A stretch of 64,000 nt of DNA from Alphaproteobacteria bacterium (lineage in GTDB: Bacteria; Pseudomonadota; Alphaproteobacteria; UBA828), in NCBI GenBank assembly GCA_965221125.1, contig CBDCRW010000004.1, positions 192,001 to 256,000 on the forward strand. The letters run 5' to 3'. This document shows, one piece after another, positions 50,493 to 60,048 of the stretch (its first letter is position 1; every line of letters begins with the position of its first letter). The position numbers were made by a program, and so were the translations under genes. Below the pieces are notes generated by a model that had not been told where the DNA came from, made no database searches, and worked only from the letters and a program-made list of their open reading frames with translations.

Positions 50493-50524
50493 CGCAGGCT
50501 TGCTTCCGGGTTAGGGAGACTCCC

Positions 50525-52612
50525 ATGAGCTATCGCATTGCCGTCGATACCGGCGGCACGTTCACCGATGTCGTGCTCGCCGACGAAGCGGGCCAGCTCA
50601 CCGTCGGCAAGGCGCTGACCACGACCGAGCGCACCTTCGAGGGATTTCGCGAGGCGCTCGCCAACGCCGGCGAGATCGTGGGCGTCGACTACGAGCGCCT
50701 GCTCGCCGAGACCGAGATGCTGATCTACGGCACCACGCGCTCCACCAACTCGATCATCGAGGGCAAGGTCGCGAAGACGGCGCTGCTCGCGACCGAGGGC
50801 TTTCCCGACACGCTGCTCTACCGCCACGGCGGCAAGCGCGAGCCGCTCAACCTCGCGATGGAGTTCCCGCCGCCCTACATTCCGCGCCGCCTCACCTTCG
50901 AGATCCCGGAGCGCATCAACGCCGAGGGCGGCGTCGAGCGCGCGCTGGACGAGGCGGCGGCACGGGCGATCATCGAGGGCCTGCCGCGCAAGCGGATCGA
51001 TGCGGTTGCGGTGGCGCTGCTCTGGTCCATCGTCAATCCCGACCACGAGCTTCGCATCGGCGAACTGATCGCCGAGATCGTGCCGGGCGTGCCGTATACG
51101 CTCTCGCACCAGCTCAACCCGATCATCCGCGAGTTCCCGCGCACGTCGTCGACCGCCATCGACGCCTCGCTCAAGCCGCTCATGCAGGCTCATCTGGCCG
51201 GGTTCGAGAGCGACCTGCGCGCCGCCGGCTGCGAGGGCGAGGTCCTCATCAGCACGTCGTCGGGCGGCGTCATGCACGTGGACGACGTGGTGGCGAAGCC
51301 GATCTACACCGTGAAGTCGGGCCCTGCGATGGGGCCGCTCGCCGGCATCGCCTACGCCGGCGCGGAGGCGCAGGGCGACGACGTGATCATCGTCGATACC
51401 GGCGGCACCACCTTCGACGTGAGCCTGGTCCGCAGCGGCCAGGTGAAATACACCCGCGACACGTGGCTATTGGGCGAGTGGATCGGCCACAACCTCGGCC
51501 TCTCCTCGGTGGACGTGCGGAGCGTCGGCGCCGGCGGCGGGTCCATCGCCTGGATCGATTCCGGCGGGCTGCTGCGCGTCGGCCCGCAGAGCGCGGGCGC
51601 GCGCCCCGGCCCCGCCTGCTACGGCCTGGGCGGCGAGGAGCCCACCGTCACCGACGCCGCCGTGGTGCTCGGCTACATCGACCCCGACTACTTCCTCGGC
51701 GGGCGCATGAGCCTCGACGTGGCGGCGGCAGGGCAGGCGATCGAGCAGGTGGCGGAGCCGCTCAAGCTCTCCGCCGAGGAGGCGGCGTCTGCCGTGCTCA
51801 CGCTCGCCGGCGAGCAGATGATCAAGGCGATCCAGGAGATCACGGTCCAGGACGGCGTGAACCCCGGCGAGAGTATCATCGTCGCCGGCGGGGGTGCCGC
51901 CGGACTCAACATCATCCCCATCGCCCAGGCTTTGGGTTGCCGCCGCGTGCTGCTGCCGCGCACGGCGGGCGCGCTCAGCGCCTGCGGCGGGCAGTTCTCC
52001 AACATCGTCACGGAGTTCAGCGCGAGCCGCTACGCGCACTCCAACACCTTCGATTTCGAGGGCGTCAGCGCGACGCTCTCCGGCATCGCTCAACGCATGG
52101 ACGCGTTCGAGGAGAAGCTGCGCGGCCGCAGCATCGAGCGCTTCGGGCGCGAGTATTTCGTCGAAGCCCGCTACATCAACCAGCAGTGGGAGATGGAAAT
52201 CCCCATGCCCATGGACCGCTTCGAGGGCCAGGCGGACGTGGAGCGGCTGGTGGAGGCCTTCCACGATGTCCACTTCCGCCGCTACGCGGTGAAGGAGGAG
52301 GGCGGCGCCATCGAGTGCATCAACTGGAAGGGCCGGATCACGGCGTTCCTCGACAAGCCGTCGTTCCCGACGGAAGCCGCGGCGGAGGCGCCCCTGCCCG
52401 CGCCGCGCCACACCACGCGGGCCTACTTCGGCGAGGCCGGAGCCTTGGACACGCCCTTCCATCTCGGCGATGATCTGCACGCAGGGATGGTGGTGCCCGG
52501 GCCGGCGATCATCGAGGAGCCCACGACCACGATCGTGGTCTATCCCGGCTCGTCGGCGATCGTGACCGCCGGGCGCAACTACCTGCTGGAGACCGGCGCC
52601 GCCGGCGCCTGA
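50525..52612 (+). CDS. Hydantoinase A / oxoprolinase family subunit (second copy)
   Basis: DTGGTFTD, SGPAMG, DTGGTTFD, GAGGGSIAW; GGGAG RBS before ATG 50525. Confidence 0.93.
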   Translation: MSYRIAVDTGGTFTDVVLADEAGQLTVGKALTTTERTFEGFREALANAGEIVGVDYERLLAETEMLIYGTTRSTNSIIEGKVAKTALLATEGFPDTLLYRHGGKREPLNLAMEFPPPYIPRRLTFEIPERINAEGGVERALDEAAARAIIEGLPRKRIDAVAVALLWSIVNPDHELRIGELIAEIVPGVPYTLSHQLNPIIREFPRTSSTAIDASLKPLMQAHLAGFESDLRAAGCEGEVLISTSSGGVMHVDDVVAKPIYTVKSGPAMGPLAGIAYAGAEAQGDDVIIVDTGGTTFDVSLVRSGQVKYTRDTWLLGEWIGHNLGLSSVDVRSVGAGGGSIAWIDSGGLLRVGPQSAGARPGPACYGLGGEEPTVTDAAVVLGYIDPDYFLGGRMSLDVAAAGQAIEQVAEPLKLSAEEAASAVLTLAGEQMIKAIQEITVQDGVNPGESIIVAGGGAAGLNIIPIAQALGCRRVLLPRTAGALSACGGQFSNIVTEFSASRYAHSNTFDFEGVSATLSGIAQRMDAFEEKLRGRSIERFGREYFVEARYINQQWEMEIPMPMDRFEGQADVERLVEAFHDVHFRRYAVKEEGGAIECINWKGRITAFLDKPSFPTEAAAEAPLPAPRHTTRAYFGEAGALDTPFHLGDDLHAGMVVPGPAIIEEPTTTIVVYPGSSAIVTAGRNYLLETGAAGA

Positions 52613-52623
52613 GGGAGGAAGCG

Positions 52624-54441
52624 ATGGCACAAGCACTCGCGGAAGCTGGGCGGGAGAACCGCATAGACCCGGTCCTGCTGCCGGTGATGGCGAACCGTAT
52701 GGACGCGGTCTGCCGCGAGATGACCAACACCATGCTGCTGGCGGCGCGCTCGTCCGTCATCGGCATGGCGCGCGACTTCTCCTGTGCGGTCATCACGTCG
52801 GACAATCAGGTACTCGCCGTGGCCGAGGGCTTCCCCATCCACGTCTGGGGCACCAACATCCAGACCAGGTCGATGCAGGACCTGCATCCCGACTATGCCG
52901 AGGGCGATGCCTACCTGCACAACGACCCCTACCTCGGCAACACGCACCCGGCCGACCACACCATCCTGGTGCCGGTGTTCCACGAGGGCGAGCACTTCTT
53001 CACCGTCGCCGTGAAGGCGCATCAGGCCGACGTCGGCAACAGCCTGCCCACCACCTACATGGCGCAGGCGGCCGACGTCTATCAGGAGGGCGCGCTGATC
53101 TTCCCCTGCGTGCAGGTGCAGCGCGACTTCAAGGACATCGACGACATCATCCGCATGTGCGAGCGCCGCATCCGCGTGCCGGAGCAGTGGTACGGCGACT
53201 ACCTCGCCGCCGTCGGCGCGGCCCGCATCGGCGAGCGCTCGCTCAAGGCCTTCATCGCCAAGTACGGCGCGCACACGGTGCGCCACTTCACCGAGGAGTG
53301 GTTCGACTACTCCGAGCGCCGCTGCATCGAGGCGATCCGCACGCTGCCCAAGGGCAAGCTCAAGGGCTCGCAGGCGCACGATCCGGTCGAGCCGTGGGTG
53401 CCGGACGGGATTCCCATCAACGTCACCATCGACATCGACCCCGACGCGGCGAAGGTGACGGTGGACCTGCGCGACAACATCGACTGCATCGATGCGGGGC
53501 TGAACCTCACCGAGACCACGTCCACCATGGCGGCGGTGCAGGGCGTGCTCACCTGCCTCGGCGAGGACCTGCCGCCCAACTCCGGCACCATGCGCCGCAT
53601 CGAGGTGCTGCTGCGCGAGAACTGCGCGGTCGGCATCCCGCGCTTCCCCCACAGCTGCTCGGTGGCGACCACGAACCTCACCGACGTGATCGTGAACGTG
53701 ACGCAGTCCGCCTTCGCCGAGCTCGGCGAGGGCCAGGGTTTTGCCCACGGCAACTACTGCAACTCGGCTGCGGCCGGCGTCGCATCGGGCACCGACTGGC
53801 GCAGGAACGGCGAGCCCTACATCAACCAGATGTTCATGATGGGCGGCGGCGGCGGCGCGTCGGCCGAGAACGACGGCATGCACTACCTCTTCGTGCCGGT
53901 GGCGGCGGGCCTGCTCTACCGCGACAGCATCGAGATCAACGAGCAGCGCTTCCCCGTGCTCATCGACAAGATGCACGTGATGACCGATTCCATGGGCCAC
54001 GGCCGCCGGCGGGGCGGGCCCGCCACCGAGGTCGTCATGGGACCGCGCAACGATCCCATGCGCATCCTCCATGTCTGCAACGGGCTCGAGAGCGCGCCCA
54101 AGGGCGTGCGCGGCGGCACCGGCTCGCGGCTCGGCGGCAACGCCAAGATCGCGCAAGACGGCTCGGAGCACCCCTACCCGGCGGTGATGGTCTGCGATCT
54201 CGAAGGCGGCGAGCGCCTGCGCGCGCGCGACCAGGGGGGCGGCGGCTACGGCACCCCGGCGGAGCGCGAGACCCATCGGGTGCTGAACGACGTGGCCGAG
54301 CGCTACATCTCGGCCGAGACGGCGCGCGCGGTCTATGGCGTCGCCATCACCGGCAGCGTGGACGACGACAGCCTCGCCGTGGACGAGGCCGCGACCGCCC
54401 GGCTTCGGGCCTCGATGAACGGCGGCGGCGCTCCGGCCTGA
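52624..54441 (+). CDS. Hydantoinase B / oxoprolinase family subunit (second copy)
   Basis: HNDPYLGNTHPAD, KAHQADVG, GGGGYGTP. Confidence 0.93.
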   Translation: MAQALAEAGRENRIDPVLLPVMANRMDAVCREMTNTMLLAARSSVIGMARDFSCAVITSDNQVLAVAEGFPIHVWGTNIQTRSMQDLHPDYAEGDAYLHNDPYLGNTHPADHTILVPVFHEGEHFFTVAVKAHQADVGNSLPTTYMAQAADVYQEGALIFPCVQVQRDFKDIDDIIRMCERRIRVPEQWYGDYLAAVGAARIGERSLKAFIAKYGAHTVRHFTEEWFDYSERRCIEAIRTLPKGKLKGSQAHDPVEPWVPDGIPINVTIDIDPDAAKVTVDLRDNIDCIDAGLNLTETTSTMAAVQGVLTCLGEDLPPNSGTMRRIEVLLRENCAVGIPRFPHSCSVATTNLTDVIVNVTQSAFAELGEGQGFAHGNYCNSAAAGVASGTDWRRNGEPYINQMFMMGGGGGASAENDGMHYLFVPVAAGLLYRDSIEINEQRFPVLIDKMHVMTDSMGHGRRRGGPATEVVMGPRNDPMRILHVCNGLESAPKGVRGGTGSRLGGNAKIAQDGSEHPYPAVMVCDLEGGERLRARDQGGGGYGTPAERETHRVLNDVAERYISAETARAVYGVAITGSVDDDSLAVDEAATARLRASMNGGGAPA

Positions 54442-54480
54442 AGGCGGCCGGGACGGCCAACCGGGCCACGCCGGCGCGGT

Positions 54481-54813
54481 TCAGAGCGCGGCGAGAGCGT
54501 CGGCCTGCGACGGGTAGACGGGGATCAGCTGTTCCATGCCGCTGAGCTTGATCACCTTGGCGATCGGTTTCGGCGGAGAGCACACGGCGATCCCGGCATC
54601 GCGCTTGTCGAGATCGGACGCCGTCATGAAGACGGCGCGAAGCCCCGCGCTGCCGAGGAACTTGAGCGCCTCGAAGTCCATGACCACGGCCCGGTCGCCG
54701 GCATCGATCTCGGCTCTGACCGTCCTGTAGAAGTCCGCGGCATTGGCGGATTCCAGCCGCCCGCTTGCAGAAACGATCAGCACGCCGTCGCGACGTTCGA
54801 ATTCCACATCCAA
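54481..54813 (-). CDS. STAS-domain anti-sigma factor antagonist
   Basis: SGRLE...DFEALKFLGSAGLR with conserved Ser; TTG start after GGGGAGG (alternative start 54888). Confidence 0.85.
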   Translation of the reverse strand: MDVEFERRDGVLIVSASGRLESANAADFYRTVRAEIDAGDRAVVMDFEALKFLGSAGLRAVFMTASDLDKRDAGIAVCSPPKPIAKVIKLSGMEQLIPVYPSQADALAAL

Positions 54814-54955
54814 GGCACCCGCCTCCCCCTGTCGTGTCAGCGTAACGCCATACTTGTCCATATAGGGACGGAGCCATTGTACATTCAATTCCCTGGTGTG
54901 GGACCGGCCGCCGACGCCATGATCGCGCGCACGCCGCTCGGCCGCGCTGTAGGGG

Positions 54956-55996
54956 CTACGAGACGAGGGCCGCGAACAGGAGCCCGCTCAGGATCGCGCC
55001 GGCGATGCCAAAGCAGAGGTAGGCGGCGAACACCTGCCCGCGCACGATCGACCAGACGGCCACCATGGCCGGGATGCAGCTCACCGCGCCCGCTACCATG
55101 AATGCCATCGCGGCGCCCGAGCCCATGCCCTGCTCCATGAGGCCGGCGACGAGCGCGGGCGCGGCGTAGCCGTTGAGGTAGGCGGGCGCACCCACCAGCG
55201 CGCCGATCACGACGGGCCCCGGTCCCTCGCCGCCGACGACGCCGGCGATCATCTCGGCCGGCACGTAGGTGACGAGCAGACCCTCGATCAGATAGGCCAG
55301 CACGAGCCATTTCACGAGGAAGCGCGCGTTCGCGATCCCTTCGGCGCGGAATGCGGCCCGCCGGGCCGGCTCGCGCCAGAAGCGCCAGACGGGTTTGCCC
55401 TCTTCCAACCCGCTGGCGGTGCCGCAGCAACCGCCGCCCGCGCCCGGCCGGAGCGGTTCGGCGAAGGCGCCGCGCGAGACGAGGAGGCGCGCGCCAAAGC
55501 CGCCGAAGAGGCCGAGCGCCACCGCCGCAGCCGCCTTGCCCACCGCGAAGTCCCAGCCGAGTGCTGCGGCGGTGATGAGCATGCTCGACGGGTCGATGAG
55601 CGGCGAGGAGAGCCAGAACGCCATGATTGCCGAGAGCGGGACGCCCACGGCGAGCAGTCCTGCGATGAGCGGAATGACCTCGCACGAGCAGAATGGCGCG
55701 AGCCCGCCGATGAGCGCCGCGAGCACGATCATGCGCGTCTCGCGGCCCTCGAAGGCGCGGGGGACGAGCGCGGTGGCCCCTGTCGCCTTCAGCGCCGCGA
55801 TGAGCAGGACGGCTGCGGCGATGTAGGGCAGGGTTCCGGCGAACGCCTCGGCGGCGATGAGGAGGATGTCCACGACGTTCGCCGCATCCAGCAGCGCCAC
55901 CGCAAGCGGGATGACGAGGATCAGGGTCCAGGCGGACAGCACGCTCCGCGCGTTCGTGCGGAGGCCGTGGACGCTGCGAAGAACGAGCGCGGTCAC
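54956..55996 (-). CDS. ArsP-like (DUF318) permease
   Basis: APFCSCEVIP, central CCG loop, GAPAYLNG; GTG start overlaps the arsR stop. Confidence 0.85.
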   Translation of the reverse strand: MTALVLRSVHGLRTNARSVLSAWTLILVIPLAVALLDAANVVDILLIAAEAFAGTLPYIAAAVLLIAALKATGATALVPRAFEGRETRMIVLAALIGGLAPFCSCEVIPLIAGLLAVGVPLSAIMAFWLSSPLIDPSSMLITAAALGWDFAVGKAAAAVALGLFGGFGARLLVSRGAFAEPLRPGAGGGCCGTASGLEEGKPVWRFWREPARRAAFRAEGIANARFLVKWLVLAYLIEGLLVTYVPAEMIAGVVGGEGPGPVVIGALVGAPAYLNGYAAPALVAGLMEQGMGSGAAMAFMVAGAVSCIPAMVAVWSIVRGQVFAAYLCFGIAGAILSGLLFAALVS

Positions 55997-56376
55997 CCCG
56001 TGTGTCCCTCCAGCGCGGCCCGCGCGGCACGGGCTTCGGGCGAGGGCCTGGCGTCGGCGCAGCACGCTTCCAGCAGGAAGGCGGCGAGGGCCTCGATGCG
56101 CCGATAGGCCGCGCGGTTGATGACGGTGCGGCCGCGGCGCTCCTGTTCGACCAGCCCGCCCGCAGCGAGAAACCCGAGGTGATGGGCGAGGGTCGACGCC
56201 GGGATGGCCGTGCGCTCCTGAATCTCGCCGACGGTGAGCCCCTCCGCGCCGGCGCGCACCAGCAGCCGCAGCACCATGAGCCTCGGCTCGGAGCCGCAGG
56301 CGGCGAATCCCTGCGCCGCTTCCTCCAGCGCCACGGCAGTCGGGGACAGCGCGTGAGTGTGTTGTCTCACATCCAT
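55993..56376 (-). CDS. arsR: ArsR/SmtB family transcriptional repressor with C-terminal vicinal cysteines
   Basis: RLMVLRLLV, STLAHHL, GLVEQERRGR, FLLEACC. Confidence 0.88.
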   Translation of the reverse strand: MDVRQHTHALSPTAVALEEAAQGFAACGSEPRLMVLRLLVRAGAEGLTVGEIQERTAIPASTLAHHLGFLAAGGLVEQERRGRTVINRAAYRRIEALAAFLLEACCADARPSPEARAARAALEGHTG

Positions 56377-56657
56377 ATAACTAGGTTTATAGTTTTGTTG
56401 GCGAATGTCAAGGGCTACCCTGCTTCAGAATCCATGCAATCCACGGTCTTCGGGAGTTGTGAGCGCGCGTCCGCTTTTGCTGCCGGCCGCGGGCTGGCTC
56501 CGGACCATGGTGCGGTGCACGGGGCAGGCGAGTGGGGGCAGGCTCTGCGGATGCAGCGCGCAGACCATCGCACGTCAGGGAAAGCCGGGCCGGAGCGGCT
56601 CGGGGGAGTCGGCTCGTCGCCGGGCGCTCGTCCAGCGGCCTCCCGCCGCCGCCGGGG

Positions 56658-56781
56658 ACGGGCCAGCTTGGGCCATCTTGAGCCACCTTGTGCCACTTTG
56701 GGCCACTTTGTGCCGCCCGTTTCGGACCACCTTGGGCCACTTTGGACCACTTTGGACCGGCATAGACCGGAATGGACCGCT
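56658..56781. repeat. Tandem array of 12 degenerate 10-bp units (consensus approximately TTGGRCCACT)
   Basis: acgggccagc ttgggccatc ttgagccacc ttgtgccact ttgggccact ttgtgccgcc (cgtt) tcggaccacc ttgggccact ttggaccact ttggaccggc atagaccgga atggaccgct. Confidence 0.85.
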
Positions 56782-56814
56782 TTAATGCCGTTCCGTGAAA
56801 AACGGGAAAGCGCG

Positions 56815-57345
56815 CTAGGCCGCGAAGGTACCGAAGGCGCCGCGGGAGTAGAGCAGGGGCTCCTGGGCCGAGTCGGTGCGCACCGCCTGCACCCGGCCGG
56901 TGAGCACCGTGTGGGTCTCCGCCCGCAGCGTCTGGCCGAGCAGGCAGTCGAAGCTCGCGAGCGCGTCCATCAGCACCGGCGCGCCGGTGGCGAGCGTGCC
57001 CCAGTTGCCGGAGGTGAAGCGCTCGCCCACGCGCGAGGACGAGGCGAACTGCGCCGCGAGGTCCAGGTGCCGCTCGCCCAGCACGTTGACGCAGAAGACC
57101 CGGCTTTGCAGGGTCGGGTCGTGGGCACCGGCCTCGCGGTTGACGCAGGCGAGCAGCATCGGCGGTGCGGCGCTCAGCGAGCAGACGGCGGTGGCGGTCA
57201 ACCCGTTGCGCTGCGCGCCGATGGAGGTCGTGACGATGGTGACGCCGGCCGCGAGCTGGCGCATGCCCTCCCTGAAGTCGTCGGAATCGACCGCGACGAC
57301 CGGCGCGGCCAGGGAATCGAAATCGAAATCGTCCAACAGCGACAT
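56815..57345 (-). CDS. Flavin reductase (HpaC/DIM6/NTAB family)
   Basis: FREGMRQLAAGVTIVTT, GLTATAVCSLS, PPMLLACVN, THTVLTG, PLLY. Confidence 0.92.
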   Translation of the reverse strand: MSLLDDFDFDSLAAPVVAVDSDDFREGMRQLAAGVTIVTTSIGAQRNGLTATAVCSLSAAPPMLLACVNREAGAHDPTLQSRVFCVNVLGERHLDLAAQFASSSRVGERFTSGNWGTLATGAPVLMDALASFDCLLGQTLRAETHTVLTGRVQAVRTDSAQEPLLYSRGAFGTFAA

Positions 57346-57448
57346 GCAGCCCTCTCCCGGCGCGGCGCCAGCGCTCCCTCGCCGCCGCCGCATTATGAAG
57401 ACCGCCGCCGCAGGGGTCCACGGCGGGCGGGCGGCACGAGCGCCGCGC

Positions 57449-58093
57449 TCAGTACGCGACCGGGAGCGGGTCGAGGCTCCGCCACAGGTGCCAGACCGCG
57501 ACCGAGCGCCAGGGCCGCCAGCACGCGGCGCAAGCCTCCATCGCGTCCGTGCTCATCTTCCTGCCGTCGCCGTAGTGTCTGGCGATGGCGCGCTGCACGC
57601 CGATGTCGGCGAGCGGCAGCACGTCCGGCCGCTGCAGATGGAAGATCAGCACCATCTCGGCGGTCCAGCGGCCCACCCCCCTCAGCGCCAGCAGCTCGGC
57701 GATCACCGCGTCGTCGTCGGCCTCCTGCCAGCGGCCGGGGTCGATGTCTCCCGACACGAAGCCAGAAGCGATGTCGCGCAGGTAGCCGGCCTTGCGCCGG
57801 GTGAGGCCGGCGCCGTGCAGCGCTTCTTCCGCGTGGGCGGCGACGGCGGGCGGCGTGACGCTGCCTACGAGCGCTTCCAGGCGCGCCCAGATGCTGTCTG
57901 CCGCGTGTACCGATATCTGCTGCGCCACGATGGCGCGCGCGATGGTGAGAAAGGGGTCGCCCTGGCCGACCAGCCCCTCGCCCTCGTAGCGCGCGACGAG
58001 CCCCGCCATCACCGGGTCGGCTGCGGCGAGCGCATCGCGCGCCTCGTGCCAGTAGGCCGGCTGCCCCCGCGGCCCGCTCGCCCAGCGCGGCAT
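57449..58093 (-). CDS. DNA-3-methyladenine glycosylase (AlkA, HhH-GPD family)
   Basis: AIVAQQIS, LRGVGRWTAEM, DVLPLADIG, WRPWRS. Confidence 0.92.
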   Translation of the reverse strand: MPRWASGPRGQPAYWHEARDALAAADPVMAGLVARYEGEGLVGQGDPFLTIARAIVAQQISVHAADSIWARLEALVGSVTPPAVAAHAEEALHGAGLTRRKAGYLRDIASGFVSGDIDPGRWQEADDDAVIAELLALRGVGRWTAEMVLIFHLQRPDVLPLADIGVQRAIARHYGDGRKMSTDAMEACAACWRPWRSVAVWHLWRSLDPLPVAY

Positions 58094-58126
58094 GGCGATC
58101 CTCTCCCTGTTCCCCGTCGGCCCGCG

Positions 58127-59062
58127 TCAGCGCCGGGCGAAGCTCGGCATGGGCTCCTCGATGCCTTCCGGGTCGGCGTGGATGAGGACCTCCGCGTGGG
58201 GGAAGGCCTCGCGAATCCGCGCTTCCACGTCGTCCGATATCTCGTGCGCGCGCAGCAGCGTGAGCGAGCGGTCCATCTCCACGTGGACCTGGATGAACGA
58301 ATCGAGACCCGAGCGCCGCGTCCGCAGGTCGTGGCAATCCAGCACCTCCGGGTGCTCCAGCACGATCCGGCGGATGCGCTCGCGGTCCTTCTCCGGCAGC
58401 TCGTGGTCCATCAGCTGCTGGATCGAGCTCCACGCGACGCGGAGCGCGGCATGGATGATGACGCCTGCGATCGCCATCGCGATGATCGGATCGGCGAGCC
58501 CCCAGCCCAGGGTCGTCGCCAGCGCCAGCGCCGCGATCACGCCGACGTTCATCAGGATGTCGGAGGCATAGTGCAGGGCATCGGCCCTGATCGCGGTGGA
58601 CCCGGTGAGCCGCACGACGCGGCGCTGGTAGGCCACCAGCGCCGTGGTAACGACGATGGCGAAGACCATCACGCCGATCCCCACCGGCGCGCGCGCGATC
58701 GGCTCCGGCTCCATGATGCGCCCCACCGCCTCGACGATCAGGAAGATCGCCGAGGCCGTGATGAAGAGCGCCTGGCCGAGGCCCGCCAGCGGCTCCGCCT
58801 TGCCGTGGCCGAAGCGGTGCTCGCGGTCCGCCGGCTGCAGCGCATGGCGCACGGCGAACAGGTTGATGAGCGAGGCCAGCACGTCCATCACCGAATCGGC
58901 CAGCGACGAGAGCAGGCTCACGGAATCCGTGACGAGCCAGGCGCCGAGCTTGGCGGCGATCATCAGGGCGGCGGCTGCGACCGCGAGATTGGTCGCACGC
59001 CGCATCAGCCGGCGCGCGCGCTCGGGCTGGGTCCTGGGGCCGCTCGGGATTTCGGGTTTCAC
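58127..59062 (-). CDS. fieF: Cation diffusion facilitator FieF/YiiP
   Basis: SLADSVMD, PADREHRFGHGKAE, ADALHYASD, HDLRTR, IHADP. Confidence 0.88.
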   Translation of the reverse strand: MKPEIPSGPRTQPERARRLMRRATNLAVAAAALMIAAKLGAWLVTDSVSLLSSLADSVMDVLASLINLFAVRHALQPADREHRFGHGKAEPLAGLGQALFITASAIFLIVEAVGRIMEPEPIARAPVGIGVMVFAIVVTTALVAYQRRVVRLTGSTAIRADALHYASDILMNVGVIAALALATTLGWGLADPIIAMAIAGVIIHAALRVAWSSIQQLMDHELPEKDRERIRRIVLEHPEVLDCHDLRTRRSGLDSFIQVHVEMDRSLTLLRAHEISDDVEARIREAFPHAEVLIHADPEGIEEPMPSFARR

Positions 59063-59215
59063 GCCGGCTGCTTATAGCACGGCCACGGCGGATGGCCGTA
59101 TCGGGCAGCGGAACAGGGACGATCCGGGCTGCTGGAGGCACATGCACGTTGCGGCGCCGCGGGTTTCGTGTAGGATGCGGCAACACACCGGAAATCAAGG
59201 CAAAACGAGGCTTCG

Positions 59216-60031
59216 ATGGCGGATGCTTCGCCGCTGATGGCGGGCAAGCGGGGCATCGTGATGGGCGTCGCGAACGCGCGCTCGCTTGCCTGGGGCGTGG
59301 CCAGGTCCCTCGCCGACCACGGCGCGGAACTGGCCTTCACCTACCAGGGCGAGGCGATCGAGAAGCGGCTCCGGCCGCTCGCCGAATCGGTGGGCTCCGA
59401 TTTCCTGCTCCCCTGCGACGTGACCGACCGGGCGAGCATGGACGCCACCTTCGAGGCGCTCGCCGGGCGCTGGAGCAGCCTCGATTTCCTCGTCCACGCC
59501 ATCGCCTACTCCGACAAGGAGGAGCTGAAGGGGCGCTATCTCGACACCTCGCTCGAGAACTTCCAGAACACGCTCCAGGTCTCCTGCTATTCGTTCACCG
59601 AGCTCTGCCGGCGCGCCGTCGCGCTGATGGGGGACGGCGGCGGCGGCCTGCTCACGCTCACCTACATGGGGGCCGAGCGCTGGGTGCCGCACTACAACGT
59701 CATGGGCGTCGCCAAGGCCGCGCTGGAGGCGAGCGTGCGCTACCTCGCCGCCGATCTCGGCGATCGCAACATCCGGGTCAACGCGATCTCCGCCGGCCCC
59801 GTCAAGACGCTGGCCGCGTCCGGCATCGGCGATTTCCGCTACATCATGAAGTGGAACGAGCTGAACTCGCCGCTCAAGCGCAACGTCACCATCGACGAGG
59901 TGGGCGGCGCCGCGACGTATCTCCTCAGTGACCTCGGCCGGGGCGTCACCGGCGAAGTCCACCACGTCGACTGCGGCTATCACATCGTCGGCATGAAGCG
60001 GCCGGACGCGCCCGACATCTCGGTGGTCTAG
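59216..60031 (+). CDS. fabI: Enoyl-ACP reductase FabI
   Basis: [33 protein letters not shown]. Confidence 0.96.
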   Translation: MADASPLMAGKRGIVMGVANARSLAWGVARSLADHGAELAFTYQGEAIEKRLRPLAESVGSDFLLPCDVTDRASMDATFEALAGRWSSLDFLVHAIAYSDKEELKGRYLDTSLENFQNTLQVSCYSFTELCRRAVALMGDGGGGLLTLTYMGAERWVPHYNVMGVAKAALEASVRYLAADLGDRNIRVNAISAGPVKTLAASGIGDFRYIMKWNELNSPLKRNVTIDEVGGAATYLLSDLGRGVTGEVHHVDCGYHIVGMKRPDAPDISVV

Positions 60032-60048
60032 GCGCGGCGAGCGCCGCC

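Noticed and set aside
49130-52612. Apparent 1160-aa fusion ORF ending in hydantoinase A
   Set aside because: The N-terminal part is an alternative frame of the Fe-ADH gene (low-complexity, Arg/Gly-rich); a good RBS and ATG exist at 50525.
56658-56781. CRISPR array
   Set aside because: The units are 10 bp and contiguous, with no unique spacers and no cas genes.
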